DNA of 64,000 nt from Minisyncoccota bacterium (GTDB taxonomy: Bacteria; Patescibacteriota; Minisyncoccia; Phycocordibacterales; GWA1-40-21): assembly GCA_041663045.1 (NCBI GenBank), contig JBAZRH010000001.1, forward strand, positions 212,403 through 276,402, given 5' to 3'. Of the stretch, positions 22,015-32,038 are shown one piece after another. A model generated the notes under the pieces. That model had not been told where the DNA came from. It ran no database searches and saw only the letters and a list, made by a program, of their open reading frames with translations. Positions within the stretch are counted from its first letter, which is position 1. Every line of letters starts with the position of its first letter. The position numbers and the translations under genes are program-made.

Positions 22015-22072
22015 GTCTGTATTATAACATATTGGTATGCATAACATCAAAAATGTTAGAATAAAGCTCGAT

Positions 22073-22966
22073 ATGAAGGAATTTGAATACAAAGGAAAGG
22101 CGATGGGGACGGATTTCTCTATTGCTATTGTATGTGATTCAAAAGGTTTGGCAGACAAGCTGGCAGACGAGGCCGAAAAAGAGATTTGGGATTATGAAAA
22201 GCTTTTTTCTCGATTTTTGCCGGAAAGTGAGCTGTCTAGACTGAATAAAGAAAAAGAGATTGTTGTGTCGGAAACTTTTATGAAAGTAGCTCTTGCTTCC
22301 AGAGAATTATTTTTCTTGACCGACGGAATATTCAATCCCCTATTTCAAATAGAAAGACTCGGCTATGATAAAGATTTTAATAGATTAGATATTATAAGTA
22401 TAAAGAAAAATATAGAAGAATATAATACAGATTTTACATCAACGGTTTTTGACGAGAAAGAGTCTATAATAATTTTACAAAAAGGGCAAAAACTTGATTT
22501 CGGAGGATTCCTAAAAGGTTATCTAGCTGAAATACTTTGCAAGGAGATCAAAAGCTCATCGAAAGAAATCGGCGGTGTTATCGTAAATATCGGTGGGGAT
22601 CTTTATACACAGGGGCTAGACGCTAATGGAAAAGAGTTTGTCTTTGAAATATACAATCCCATAACGAAAAAGGATGATATTTTGATCTCAATTTACAATC
22701 AAGCACTTGCAACAAGCGGAACTTATAAGAGAAATTGGAAAAACGGCAACTTAACTATTCACCATATTCTTGACATTTCAGGCATTCAAAATCCCGATAC
22801 AGGCGTAGTATCTGCTAGTATAATCTCCGATAGCGGGGCAAAATCTGAAGCCTTCGCAAAAGTATTTATTTCTGTCGGGCCAAAAGAAGCACAAAAAATC
22901 CTAAAAGATGATAAAATGAAATACATAATTATAAAAAGTGACGGAAAAATAATAAAAAACATATAA
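22073..22966 (+). CDS. apbE: FAD:protein FMN transferase
   Basis: AMGT, SRF...SELS.LN, LDFGG..KGY, NIGGD, ATSG.Y.R, HHILD. Confidence 0.93.
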   Translation: MKEFEYKGKAMGTDFSIAIVCDSKGLADKLADEAEKEIWDYEKLFSRFLPESELSRLNKEKEIVVSETFMKVALASRELFFLTDGIFNPLFQIERLGYDKDFNRLDIISIKKNIEEYNTDFTSTVFDEKESIIILQKGQKLDFGGFLKGYLAEILCKEIKSSSKEIGGVIVNIGGDLYTQGLDANGKEFVFEIYNPITKKDDILISIYNQALATSGTYKRNWKNGNLTIHHILDISGIQNPDTGVVSASIISDSGAKSEAFAKVFISVGPKEAQKILKDDKMKYIIIKSDGKIIKNI

Positions 22967-23586
22967 TGAAAATATATTTACAAACGATTCAATTATTACA
23001 AAAAGTCTTCCTCGGAATATCGATTCTCATGATGCTAGCCCTGCCACTTATCATCGCTTTTAAACCCAATATCCTGCGTATCATAGGTATTTCAAATCTA
23101 TACAATATTTCACATATTACCATCTTCTTTGTCATGATTGTCCGCCCGCTTGCCGATATATTTATGCAAGCTAAATGGATTCGCCCTTTGGTCATACTTA
23201 GAAAAGGCGTCGGGGTATTGTCTGCTTCTGTGGTCGCTTCATTTATATTTTCAAAGATAATAATGGACCCGGCTGGATATCTCGGTTCATTTGCGACTGT
23301 TAAATATTGGTCTTTGCAAAATCTGGCGCTCTTTGCCCACCTTGCAGACATCTCCGCAATATTACTTTTAATCACATCAAATAATTTCTCGAAGAGAATA
23401 CTCGGCGACTGGTGGAAAAGGATACAAAGACTTTCATATGTGTATTTCTATGCGAGCTCCATGTATGTGCTAGTGATTTTGGGAAATAAAGATTATGTAA
23501 TATCAATAATCCTTGTCACAGCTCTCACTCTCATCGCCTTTATAAAGAATCGTCAGAAAGCCAAGCTTGAAACACAAACGATATGA
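22966..23586 (+). CDS. Ferric reductase-like / MsrQ-like transmembrane protein
   Basis: LRKG.G, LLITSN..S.R.LG..WK.IQRL.Y. Confidence 0.85.
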   Translation: MKIYLQTIQLLQKVFLGISILMMLALPLIIAFKPNILRIIGISNLYNISHITIFFVMIVRPLADIFMQAKWIRPLVILRKGVGVLSASVVASFIFSKIIMDPAGYLGSFATVKYWSLQNLALFAHLADISAILLLITSNNFSKRILGDWWKRIQRLSYVYFYASSMYVLVILGNKDYVISIILVTALTLIAFIKNRQKAKLETQTI

Positions 23587-24284
23587 GTATAAAAAGAGTT
23601 TCTGGGAAAATTGTTGGAATAACAGATCTTACAAAGACGGCCAAAGAGATAAGGGTGGCTTTGGATAACCCTCTCGATTTTGTGGCTGGTGCTTTTGTAA
23701 ATATTTTTATTGATATAGACGGCGAGAAAGAAAGACGGGCATATTCTATTTCGTCATCAGATAAAGAGCAAAATAATATTTCTCTAGCTGTAAGATTGAC
23801 TCCAAAGGGCAAAGTAACACCTATTTTTTGGAACAAAGACCTTTTGGGCGAGAGAATAGAGCTCATGGGCCCGCTTGGTGTGAATACCGCAGACAAAATG
23901 CTTCATGAAAAAATATACCTTTTTGCTTTTGGTGTCGGTGCTGGGGTGGTGAAATCTCTAGCAGATCATTTTGCCGATGAAAATGGTCTCAAAAGCCTTG
24001 TGATTATGACAGGAAGCAGATTTGAAGACGAAATTATATACAAAGAATATTTCGATAATCTTGCCGAAAATTATCCAAAAATAAAAGTTTCTCATATAGT
24101 CTCGAGACCGCAAGACGCCTCCATTTATAAAAAAGGTTATATCCAAGATTATATTAGTGAACTTGATTTTAGCAATTCAGATATCTATGTCTGCGGGCAA
24201 GAGTCCGCCTGCACAGCTTTAGTAGAAAAAATAAAATTATCAAATCCGATCAACTGTAGCTTCTTCGTTGAAGCTTTTCACTAA
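23583..24284 (+). CDS. FAD/NAD(P)-binding ferredoxin reductase-like oxidoreductase
   Basis: RAYSISS, GP.G, YVCG, terminal EAF. Confidence 0.9.
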   Translation: MSIKRVSGKIVGITDLTKTAKEIRVALDNPLDFVAGAFVNIFIDIDGEKERRAYSISSSDKEQNNISLAVRLTPKGKVTPIFWNKDLLGERIELMGPLGVNTADKMLHEKIYLFAFGVGAGVVKSLADHFADENGLKSLVIMTGSRFEDEIIYKEYFDNLAENYPKIKVSHIVSRPQDASIYKKGYIQDYISELDFSNSDIYVCGQESACTALVEKIKLSNPINCSFFVEAFH

Positions 24285-24293
24285 AGTCAGAAC

Positions 24294-24677
24294 CTAAAGT
24301 AAATACCGACCAAATATTAAAATGCCGACAATAAGCGCTGTGCATGCTGATATCAATACAGCTCCAGCAGCAATATCTTTTGTATCTCGAGCAAATGGAT
24401 GATATTCGGGAGATGTCAGGTCCATATCTACTTCAATAGCTGTGTTAAAGGCTTCGGAAACAAGCACAAAACCTCCAGCAAGTGTCAGGAATATCCATTC
24501 TATATGGGTGATTTTCAGATAAACACCAAGAAAAACTGCCAAGATTAAGACGACAATATGAATCCACGCATTATGTGTAGACTTCACAAAAATCCAAATC
24601 CCCCTCCCCGCATGCGCAAAACTCTGCGCCCTTTTGATTATTGAGAATACTTTTTTGTTATTTTGATTGTCTTGCAT
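24294..24677 (-). CDS. dgkA: Diacylglycerol/undecaprenol kinase
   Basis: SF.HA..G, E.FNTAIE, KD.AAGAVL. Confidence 0.9.
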   Translation of the reverse strand: MQDNQNNKKVFSIIKRAQSFAHAGRGIWIFVKSTHNAWIHIVVLILAVFLGVYLKITHIEWIFLTLAGGFVLVSEAFNTAIEVDMDLTSPEYHPFARDTKDIAAGAVLISACTALIVGILIFGRYLL

Positions 24678-24689
24678 ATCAGAATTGTA

Positions 24690-25691
24690 TCATGATAACT
24701 TATTTATTTCTTTCAAAAAACTGTGATACTTTTTAGCAATAGCAAGACGAGATTGATTGTTTTCTGAAAGCATATATTGATATGGGCAAACGATCAGTTG
24801 ACAATAAAGTATAAAATAATTATCAAGCCCTCTTGGTATTTTATTATTTGTCGATTTTTCATATCCTCTCAAAACTTCATCAAAATATCTTTTACCTAAA
24901 AACACGTAAATATCTGCGGCAATTCTATAAACGTTTAAGAATTTATATCCAGTAAGCCAATCGATTTTAGGTGCATAAGTGTCGAGTGGAAGGAAAGTTC
25001 CGTCTTTATCTAAGACAGCATTATCCGCATGAATATCTAAACACGGGCCGACTAGATTATTATTTTCAATAAACCAATTTTTATTTTGTTTTATATATTC
25101 TGATAATTTATTTAAATATTTATCACACTCACCTTTTTCAAAATATTTCCCTGCGGCCTTTACCCAGGCGGTCATATCTACAAGCCTAGTTTCCTGATCT
25201 TCATACAGACTTTTATTTATCTTAATCTTAGGTAAGGAAGCTTCTCTTTTGCCAAGTTCAAAACCGATTGAATAGCAATCCTGCATTGAAATACTATTTT
25301 TTAACAGTCTTTCAATGAGTGAATATGACATATCGATTTTATTCATCACTATTACAAATTCATCAGCAATGTCATCTGCTTCGGTGAATTTTATTTTGCC
25401 ATCTTCGAGAACTACTCCTCTTAAATCTGTATAAATCTCAGGGCTTAACTTATTATTCCATTCGAAGTCATTTCTTGTAAAAGACAATCGATTTTCCTTA
25501 ATGGAGAGATCATTAAAATCTTTATTGAAAAAAGCACTGTCGTCCATATATATTTTATAGACTTTATCATTACACAAAAATAGATTTGATATAGCGGTTG
25601 TAATCCTCTTCGGCTTACAATTTGCTCCCGGGAAATCTCCTTCAGCAAATTTATCAATTATTTGTTTGCCTTTGGTCATATTATTCTTCAA
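24690..25691 (-). CDS. Aminoglycoside-phosphotransferase/kinase-like protein (divergent)
   Basis: T.IS.LFL..DKVYK, N..LSP.IY, DIHADN resembling the HGDLH..N loop; no C-terminal P-loop. Confidence 0.65.
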   Translation of the reverse strand: MKNNMTKGKQIIDKFAEGDFPGANCKPKRITTAISNLFLCNDKVYKIYMDDSAFFNKDFNDLSIKENRLSFTRNDFEWNNKLSPEIYTDLRGVVLEDGKIKFTEADDIADEFVIVMNKIDMSYSLIERLLKNSISMQDCYSIGFELGKREASLPKIKINKSLYEDQETRLVDMTAWVKAAGKYFEKGECDKYLNKLSEYIKQNKNWFIENNNLVGPCLDIHADNAVLDKDGTFLPLDTYAPKIDWLTGYKFLNVYRIAADIYVFLGKRYFDEVLRGYEKSTNNKIPRGLDNYFILYCQLIVCPYQYMLSENNQSRLAIAKKYHSFLKEINKLS

Positions 25692-26421
25692 TCTTTACTG
25701 ACCTATCACTTCTGTCGAAAATCACCTCTTTCGTTTTACCGTCAAAAGTGACTTTTAGTTTTATGATGCTTTTTTTATCTGATTCATAAGCTTCTATATA
25801 AACGGATTCACCAAAAGATGGTACGTTATATTTGCCCACATTCTCAATACCAAAGACATCATCTATAATATGGGTAATTACTTCAAAGTGCGAAACAGCT
25901 ATTACGTGTGGTGTTTTGTCCTCGGGTGGATGCTTTTCAAACCAACGAATCAAATATTCAAAGCTTCTATATAAACGCTCTTTTTTATTTTGCTGTGGCT
26001 CGATAATATCTGGTCTTTCATTAAAAAGAGGGTCTTTGTAGTGGTCTTCAGCTAATTTTTCGGGGCTAGTAGAGGATTTATTGAAATATTCAATAATAGT
26101 GTCGAGATCGTTTAAATCGCTACTGCGTAGCTGATCTATCTCGGTCTTAGGAACATCTTTTAGTCCGGCAGATTCAGCAACGAAATCTATTGTGCCTTTA
26201 GCTCGTCTTGCTGGGGAGTGTACTAATATAATATCGTCATTTTCTGAAATAGTACCGTCTTCACGAATTTTTTTACCTTTTCTTATCGCGTTTTCGACAC
26301 CCTCCGGAGTCAAATCGTGTCCCTCATCTTTATAAAAAGGTTTTTCATGTCTCATCAAAGTCACCTTAAACAGTAGTTTTGGCTCGACTTCAACTCCTTT
26401 TATAAATTCTTTTGACTCCAT
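25681..26421 (-). CDS. Histidine phosphatase superfamily protein
   Basis: MRHE, LT..G, SP..RA..T, VSH. Confidence 0.88.
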   Translation of the reverse strand: MESKEFIKGVEVEPKLLFKVTLMRHEKPFYKDEGHDLTPEGVENAIRKGKKIREDGTISENDDIILVHSPARRAKGTIDFVAESAGLKDVPKTEIDQLRSSDLNDLDTIIEYFNKSSTSPEKLAEDHYKDPLFNERPDIIEPQQNKKERLYRSFEYLIRWFEKHPPEDKTPHVIAVSHFEVITHIIDDVFGIENVGKYNVPSFGESVYIEAYESDKKSIIKLKVTFDGKTKEVIFDRSDRSVKIEE

Positions 26422-26435
26422 AAAATTATAAGATT

Positions 26436-27881
26436 TTAATTAATTTTCTTTACGATTCCCTTTTCCGCATCCACTTCCACCATATCTCCGTCTTTGAAGA
26501 TTTTAGTAGCTATTTTAGTATTTGTAATACACGGTTTTTTCATTTCTCTTGCTACTATTGCCGCGTGACACAATATGCCTCCCTCATCGGTGACAAAAGC
26601 TGCAGCTTTTTCCATAGCTGGTATAAAATTTGGAAAAGTCATCACTGCAACCAAAATATCTCCTCTTTCGACTTTTTTAATATCATCTCCCGTATAAACT
26701 ACTTTAGCTTTACCAGAAACAACACCCCTAAATGCAATATTTCCAGACAATGTACTGACCCTTTCTGGTTCTTTAGTAATATTCATTAAATCTGCCATAG
26801 ATTTACTGCCAGACAAAAGCGTGTATGATTCGCCGTTTAAAACAAAAGCGAAAAAAGATTTCCTTCTATTCAATTCATCGTTTGAAATACCCGCCTTTAG
26901 ATTTTCAGCTATTTCAATTAATTCCGGAAAAGTTAAATAGATTACAGATTCTGTGTCAAAACCCGCTCTTTTGGCTATTTCATAAAATAGATTCTTTGCC
27001 TTATACCCCGAGCGATACATAATATCCGTCCTCCATGTTCTCACGTATGAGAAATCTTGCGTAATTGTCGCCAAGTGATTTGCAGCATCACTCATCTTCA
27101 AGTCTTCAACAAGTTTTATTCTCTCTTCTGCGGAACTCTTTTTCACCTCATCGAGAAGTGCCGTTTCTTCTTCCGGATTTTTCCCTTGCTTAAATAGATT
27201 GTCAATTCTTTCTATTATATCCTCTCTCTTCCACTCTCTATTCCACCAATATCCTCTCGTGCCTATCCAAGAAAAATTCTTTAAATGCTCTTCTAGAAGA
27301 CGATTAAAATCTTTATTCTTATCTTTATGTGCTTTAGCCAACGATAAAAAACTCCTCTCTTCTAGAGTATGCTCGTTTTCTTTTTCCGATTGCGTCAAAA
27401 TAGAGACCTCATCTAATTTCTTCTTTTCATCTTTACCTGGAAGTAAATCCATCAATTCTTTCAACAGAATCCTGTCTACGATAGCTAGTGGAATTAAAAA
27501 ACAATGCGAAGCTACTCCTAATTCATAATATCTATTTATATATTCTACGAGCTGTTTCTGGGACAATTTAGAATAATCGATTTCAGAAATAGAAGATGCA
27601 AATTCATAAAATTTACCGACTTGAGAAATGAGATTATCTCTAAATGAATACAAGAAATCTGTGCCATTACTTTTAAACAACGCCAACAGACCATCGAGTT
27701 CTTTCTTACTATGAATTATCTCGCCAGTACCCTTAAATATCGCATTCTTAAAACTAAAAGGTATTCCGACTACTTTATCCATAGCAGTATATGCTCTTAT
27801 GGTTAATGAATAGAAAAGCAGACTTTCTTTCCTATTTACCACATCTACCCAGTCGACTTTTTTTAAATCTTCTATCTCCAT
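26436..27881 (-). CDS. PEP-utilising enzyme mobile (phospho-His swivel) domain protein 1
   Basis: C-terminal TDEGGILCHAAIVARE.KKPCI; helical N-terminal region; no ATP-grasp domain. Confidence 0.88.
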   Translation of the reverse strand: MEIEDLKKVDWVDVVNRKESLLFYSLTIRAYTAMDKVVGIPFSFKNAIFKGTGEIIHSKKELDGLLALFKSNGTDFLYSFRDNLISQVGKFYEFASSISEIDYSKLSQKQLVEYINRYYELGVASHCFLIPLAIVDRILLKELMDLLPGKDEKKKLDEVSILTQSEKENEHTLEERSFLSLAKAHKDKNKDFNRLLEEHLKNFSWIGTRGYWWNREWKREDIIERIDNLFKQGKNPEEETALLDEVKKSSAEERIKLVEDLKMSDAANHLATITQDFSYVRTWRTDIMYRSGYKAKNLFYEIAKRAGFDTESVIYLTFPELIEIAENLKAGISNDELNRRKSFFAFVLNGESYTLLSGSKSMADLMNITKEPERVSTLSGNIAFRGVVSGKAKVVYTGDDIKKVERGDILVAVMTFPNFIPAMEKAAAFVTDEGGILCHAAIVAREMKKPCITNTKIATKIFKDGDMVEVDAEKGIVKKIN

Positions 27882-27883
27882 AT

Positions 27884-29275
27884 TTAATTTAATTTCTTCA
27901 CCACCCCTCTCTCCGCATCCACTTCCACCAAGTCACCGTCACGCAGCACTCTTGTGCCTATTCTAGTGCCAACAATACATGGGATGCCCAGTTCCCTTGC
28001 TACTATCGCCGCGTGACAAGTTAAGCCCCCTTCATCTGTAATTATTGCTTTTGCCAATTTCATTATAGGCAAGAAATCTGGTCGTGTCATCTCTGCAACA
28101 ATGATATTTCCACTTTCAAATTTACTAAATTCATTTGAACCGATTATTATTGATACATTGCCTTTAGCAAAACCCCTTGCAGCGGGGGTACCAGAAAATG
28201 TTTTAATATCTTTATCAACCTTGATTTTTTCTTCAACAAACACACCTTCTCTATACGATATTTCACTATTATTCCATAGGCATGTAACATACTCTCTCTT
28301 TTCAATTCTATTAGTTGTCTCCTCGGGACTACTAATTAAATCTCCGTATTCATCCCAAAAGAGTCTATCGGCGATATTCACATCAATCTTTAGTCTACTA
28401 CATGCCTCATCTAAGAAACGGTACATTGTATAATTGCCAATCAAATTTAGTTTTTTCCTTTGATCTCTAATGACCTCAGATATTTTTAATAGTTCCAAAA
28501 TACCTATCTCTTCTTGGTTTAGTTCGAGATTGTTTAAATTAAATCCAGTCTTATCTCTGTTTGTATGCGTCGCACCTTTAAATTTTGTCTGTATCTTATC
28601 AGGTGTCATTTTTCCACTATATTTATATGAAGCATCAATATAGAAAAATAACTTATAATAATCTTCAATCAGCTCAGCACGTTTAGATTCATCTTTCTCT
28701 TCCCTTATTCTTAAAAGAAGTCTCTCATTTTCAATCATGAAACTCGTATATGGAGAATTTAAATGATTTTCAATAATTTCATTGGTATTTTTATATCTCT
28801 TAGCAAGAACCTTATGTAGGTATTCAGAAATCACTCCATCATAGACGAAAGTTATCGCCCCTGGGGCATACTTTTCTATATAGACTTTCATAAAATTAAA
28901 GTACTCTGAGACTAATTCCTTAGCATTCATCTTACCCATTCTCTGTATATCAAGTAGAGCTGTTTTTCTTAGAGATTCCGAGTCTTGTATAATTGAATTT
29001 TTTATTTCATCAAAATAATTCAAATTTTCTGGCTTACTAACAAATTTCGCGACGGATGCACACTCAGTCTTTATATGTTCATCTATTATCCATTCATCGG
29101 CCTTTTCTTTTAAAACATTAATAGTATTAGCATAAAAACCTATTTTAAATTTATTTATATAATCAGCACATCTTACGACTTCTGGTAAGACTGATACAGC
29201 AAATACTGAAGCAGCCATACCCGAAACCTTGTCTGCTATATAATAACCAGTCTTTATGTTTTTATTTATAGCCAT
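27884..29275 (-). CDS. PEP-utilising enzyme mobile domain protein 2
   Basis: TDEGGLTCHAAIVARELGIPCIVG. Confidence 0.88.
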   Translation of the reverse strand: MAINKNIKTGYYIADKVSGMAASVFAVSVLPEVVRCADYINKFKIGFYANTINVLKEKADEWIIDEHIKTECASVAKFVSKPENLNYFDEIKNSIIQDSESLRKTALLDIQRMGKMNAKELVSEYFNFMKVYIEKYAPGAITFVYDGVISEYLHKVLAKRYKNTNEIIENHLNSPYTSFMIENERLLLRIREEKDESKRAELIEDYYKLFFYIDASYKYSGKMTPDKIQTKFKGATHTNRDKTGFNLNNLELNQEEIGILELLKISEVIRDQRKKLNLIGNYTMYRFLDEACSRLKIDVNIADRLFWDEYGDLISSPEETTNRIEKREYVTCLWNNSEISYREGVFVEEKIKVDKDIKTFSGTPAARGFAKGNVSIIIGSNEFSKFESGNIIVAEMTRPDFLPIMKLAKAIITDEGGLTCHAAIVARELGIPCIVGTRIGTRVLRDGDLVEVDAERGVVKKLN

Positions 29276-30340
29276 CTATTTTAATTTCTTCACCACCCCC
29301 CTCTCCGCATCCACCTCCACCATATCTCCGTCTTTGAAGACTTGAGTGGCGATTTTGGTGCCGATTACGCAGGGTATTTTGAATTCTCGCGACATTATGG
29401 CGGCATGGGAAATTATACCACCCTCGTCTGTTACTATAGCTCCGGCTTTTCTAATCGCTATCATCAGGTCTGGCGTAGTTGAGCTAGAGAGTAAGACATT
29501 TCCTTCTTCAAACTTTTTCGCTTCCTCTTTCGTAAATACAATAGATACCTTGCCACGATATATTCCTTTGTATGCTATTTGCCCTTTAACAAGATTATCT
29601 GCACCTAGATGATCATCTAGCTTGGGTGTTACAAGTTCAATCCCTGTATTTTCAAGAATTTCTTTTATAGATTTTCCGGTATAAAGATGTCCGTCGGCGA
29701 AATAAAATTCTTTATATCTAATTTTTAACTCTTCTTCATCTGGAATATTCCCATTTATAATTTCGTGTAAAGTTACCATATCCGCATATTTACCAAGATT
29801 TGGATATAAAGAAAGGATTGTTGAGCGGACAATGTGATCCAAGGCGGGTGCAAACTTATCCGTCCTTTTCCTAAATTCCATCAATTTATCCAGAAGATCT
29901 GGATGTAGATTTTTCTGCTCAAACATTTCAACTGTCCACCAAAGACCTGCATACCAAGCCCAAGAATATTTGGCATCAGATATAAATTTCTCGAAATAAT
30001 CCTTAGAGACAGGCTCGCCTTTATCAAAAATAGCACCGACTTTTGCATAAGCTTTCTCGTTTTCTGCCAGCATATTTTGTACGTATGAATTGTCTGCTTT
30101 TATTTTCTTAAGGATTTCCCCTTTCTGCCACTCAACTTGTTGACTATCAATATACAAACTACCTTTTCCCGCTTTTCTCTCAGCCACAAAATAAGGCTTT
30201 TTTAAGATGATATTATCAAGATACGGCAAAGGACCGGTCTCGGTATCCAATCCGATTTCATACAATGCTAATGTAAAATCACGATGTCCAAATAATTCTA
30301 ATTTTCTTTTTTGTTTGGAAGTCATAAAAGTTTTATTCAT
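29276..30340 (-). CDS. PEP-utilising enzyme mobile domain protein 3
   Basis: TDEGGIISHAAIMSREFKIPCVIG. Confidence 0.88.
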   Translation of the reverse strand: MNKTFMTSKQKRKLELFGHRDFTLALYEIGLDTETGPLPYLDNIILKKPYFVAERKAGKGSLYIDSQQVEWQKGEILKKIKADNSYVQNMLAENEKAYAKVGAIFDKGEPVSKDYFEKFISDAKYSWAWYAGLWWTVEMFEQKNLHPDLLDKLMEFRKRTDKFAPALDHIVRSTILSLYPNLGKYADMVTLHEIINGNIPDEEELKIRYKEFYFADGHLYTGKSIKEILENTGIELVTPKLDDHLGADNLVKGQIAYKGIYRGKVSIVFTKEEAKKFEEGNVLLSSSTTPDLMIAIRKAGAIVTDEGGIISHAAIMSREFKIPCVIGTKIATQVFKDGDMVEVDAERGVVKKLK

Positions 30341-31058
30341 TTACAACAAAGTTCTGTCCGTTTATATCTTTAGCTTCATCCGAAGCAAGAAACACCGCCT
30401 TTTCTGCAATATTTTCTGGTTCAACAAGTTTATGATTTGGTCTTGAGGCTAATTTTTTGTCTAATTCTTCTTTAGGGGCCGTGAGCCAATACCCAGCATT
30501 TGCAGCACCTGGAGAGACCGAATTTGCCCTACCGAAAGGAGCCAGCAATTTTGCATAAGACTGGGTGATATTTATCACACCTGCTTTGGCTGCTGCGTAT
30601 GAGATAGCGTCCGGTTGACCACTTAATCCGTGTACCGAAGCAATGCTCACAATCACTCCACTTTTCTGCTTTTGGAATCGCTCTATAACATATTTTGAAA
30701 TATTCATCATTGATACGAGATTTTGTTGCAATGATTTTACCCAAATATCTGAAGTGCCATTCCATTCATCTCCATCTACATATCTACCGGCATTATTTAC
30801 AAGTACGTCAATTTTCCCAAATTCTTTTACAACTTTCTCGACGGTCGCTTTCGCATCTTTTTCATTAATCAAATCAGCTTGAACGGCGATTGCTTTTACT
30901 CCGAACTTTTTGGCTTTCTCTATAACACTTTCAGCTCCAGCTTTATTACTTTTATATGTAATAGCAATATCTGCACCATTTTGTGCAAACATTATGGCGG
31001 TAGCCTCTCCGATACCACTTGAACCGCCAGTTATGAGGATTGATTTTGAATTGGACAT
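30333..31058 (-). CDS. SDR family oxidoreductase
   Basis: TGGSSGIG, NNAG, YAAAK. Confidence 0.93.
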   Translation of the reverse strand: MSNSKSILITGGSSGIGEATAIMFAQNGADIAITYKSNKAGAESVIEKAKKFGVKAIAVQADLINEKDAKATVEKVVKEFGKIDVLVNNAGRYVDGDEWNGTSDIWVKSLQQNLVSMMNISKYVIERFQKQKSGVIVSIASVHGLSGQPDAISYAAAKAGVINITQSYAKLLAPFGRANSVSPGAANAGYWLTAPKEELDKKLASRPNHKLVEPENIAEKAVFLASDEAKDINGQNFVVNE

Positions 31059-31059
31059 A

Positions 31060-31629
31060 TTATTGTTTAATAATTTCTTCCAATAATTCAGGAAAGGCGT
31101 CGGTTTTCATATTTCTAAAACAGAAATGTCCGTAATTTTTAAAGTCTCTGATTTTAATATTTTTTACTTTTTCTCTGATAATCTTTACACTATCCTGCAT
31201 TTCTTTTTCGTCATTAGTAGAATTGAATACGGTAATACCTCTCGTCTTGTTCACAAGATTTTCGTCTATATTGAAATCAAACATCTTGGTTTTTTCCATC
31301 CCGTTCGGATTAATCCACGGAGCGACCAATACAACTTTTCCAACCTTTATGTTGTTTTCACTTAGCCACCTGACTATAAATCCAGCTCCACAACTATGGC
31401 CTATAAGGTGAGTGTTCTCATCGATTTCAAAACGCTCAAATACCGAACACCATTTTTTATAATCCGGATTATATGGCTCTGGCATTTCTGGAGTTTGTGC
31501 AAGAATACCTTTTGCAATTAATTGTTTTTGAAGCCAAGGTAGCCAGTGCTTATTTGATTCAGATGAACCTTCTAAATCAAAATATTGCTCCTTAGATGGC
31601 ATACCATGAATGATAATTGCGGTTTTCAT
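31060..31629 (-). CDS. RBBP9/YdeN-type alpha/beta hydrolase
   Basis: IIHG, HW.PWL, GHSCG, GHF. Confidence 0.9.
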   Translation of the reverse strand: MKTAIIIHGMPSKEQYFDLEGSSESNKHWLPWLQKQLIAKGILAQTPEMPEPYNPDYKKWCSVFERFEIDENTHLIGHSCGAGFIVRWLSENNIKVGKVVLVAPWINPNGMEKTKMFDFNIDENLVNKTRGITVFNSTNDEKEMQDSVKIIREKVKNIKIRDFKNYGHFCFRNMKTDAFPELLEEIIKQ

Positions 31630-31631
31630 GA

Positions 31632-31958
31632 TTATCTTTTATCGATTATTTTGTATGAGAAATAAAAAGTAACTAGCAACAAGACAGCAAAAATCAACAA
31701 CACTAATATTTTTTGTCCTAAATTTTGATATGCAGTGTAAACATTTAATACAAACTGCATAACAGCAACCATAATCTGAACTAATGCAAAAAATCCGAGA
31801 ATTTTAGAAAAGATTGTCGTTGTCTTATCGAATTGTTCAAATCTCCTTCTTGTTAACTCTTCGGATGCCAAAGAAGCCAAGTTTGCATCGGTCTCATTAA
31901 TCCAATATTTTAATTGCTTTTCCGTTGCATCCTCTAGTCTTGGTGAAAAATTCGACAT
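31632..31958 (-). CDS. Hypothetical 2-TM protein
   Basis: Co-oriented ORF with two hydrophobic segments. Confidence 0.6.
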   Translation of the reverse strand: MSNFSPRLEDATEKQLKYWINETDANLASLASEELTRRRFEQFDKTTTIFSKILGFFALVQIMVAVMQFVLNVYTAYQNLGQKILVLLIFAVLLLVTFYFSYKIIDKR

Positions 31959-32038
31959 AATTTTGATTATTTATAATTATATGCGTCCTGTCTTAGATTT
32001 TCGCTTGATTTAAGCATATCATATCGACGCGACTGGAG

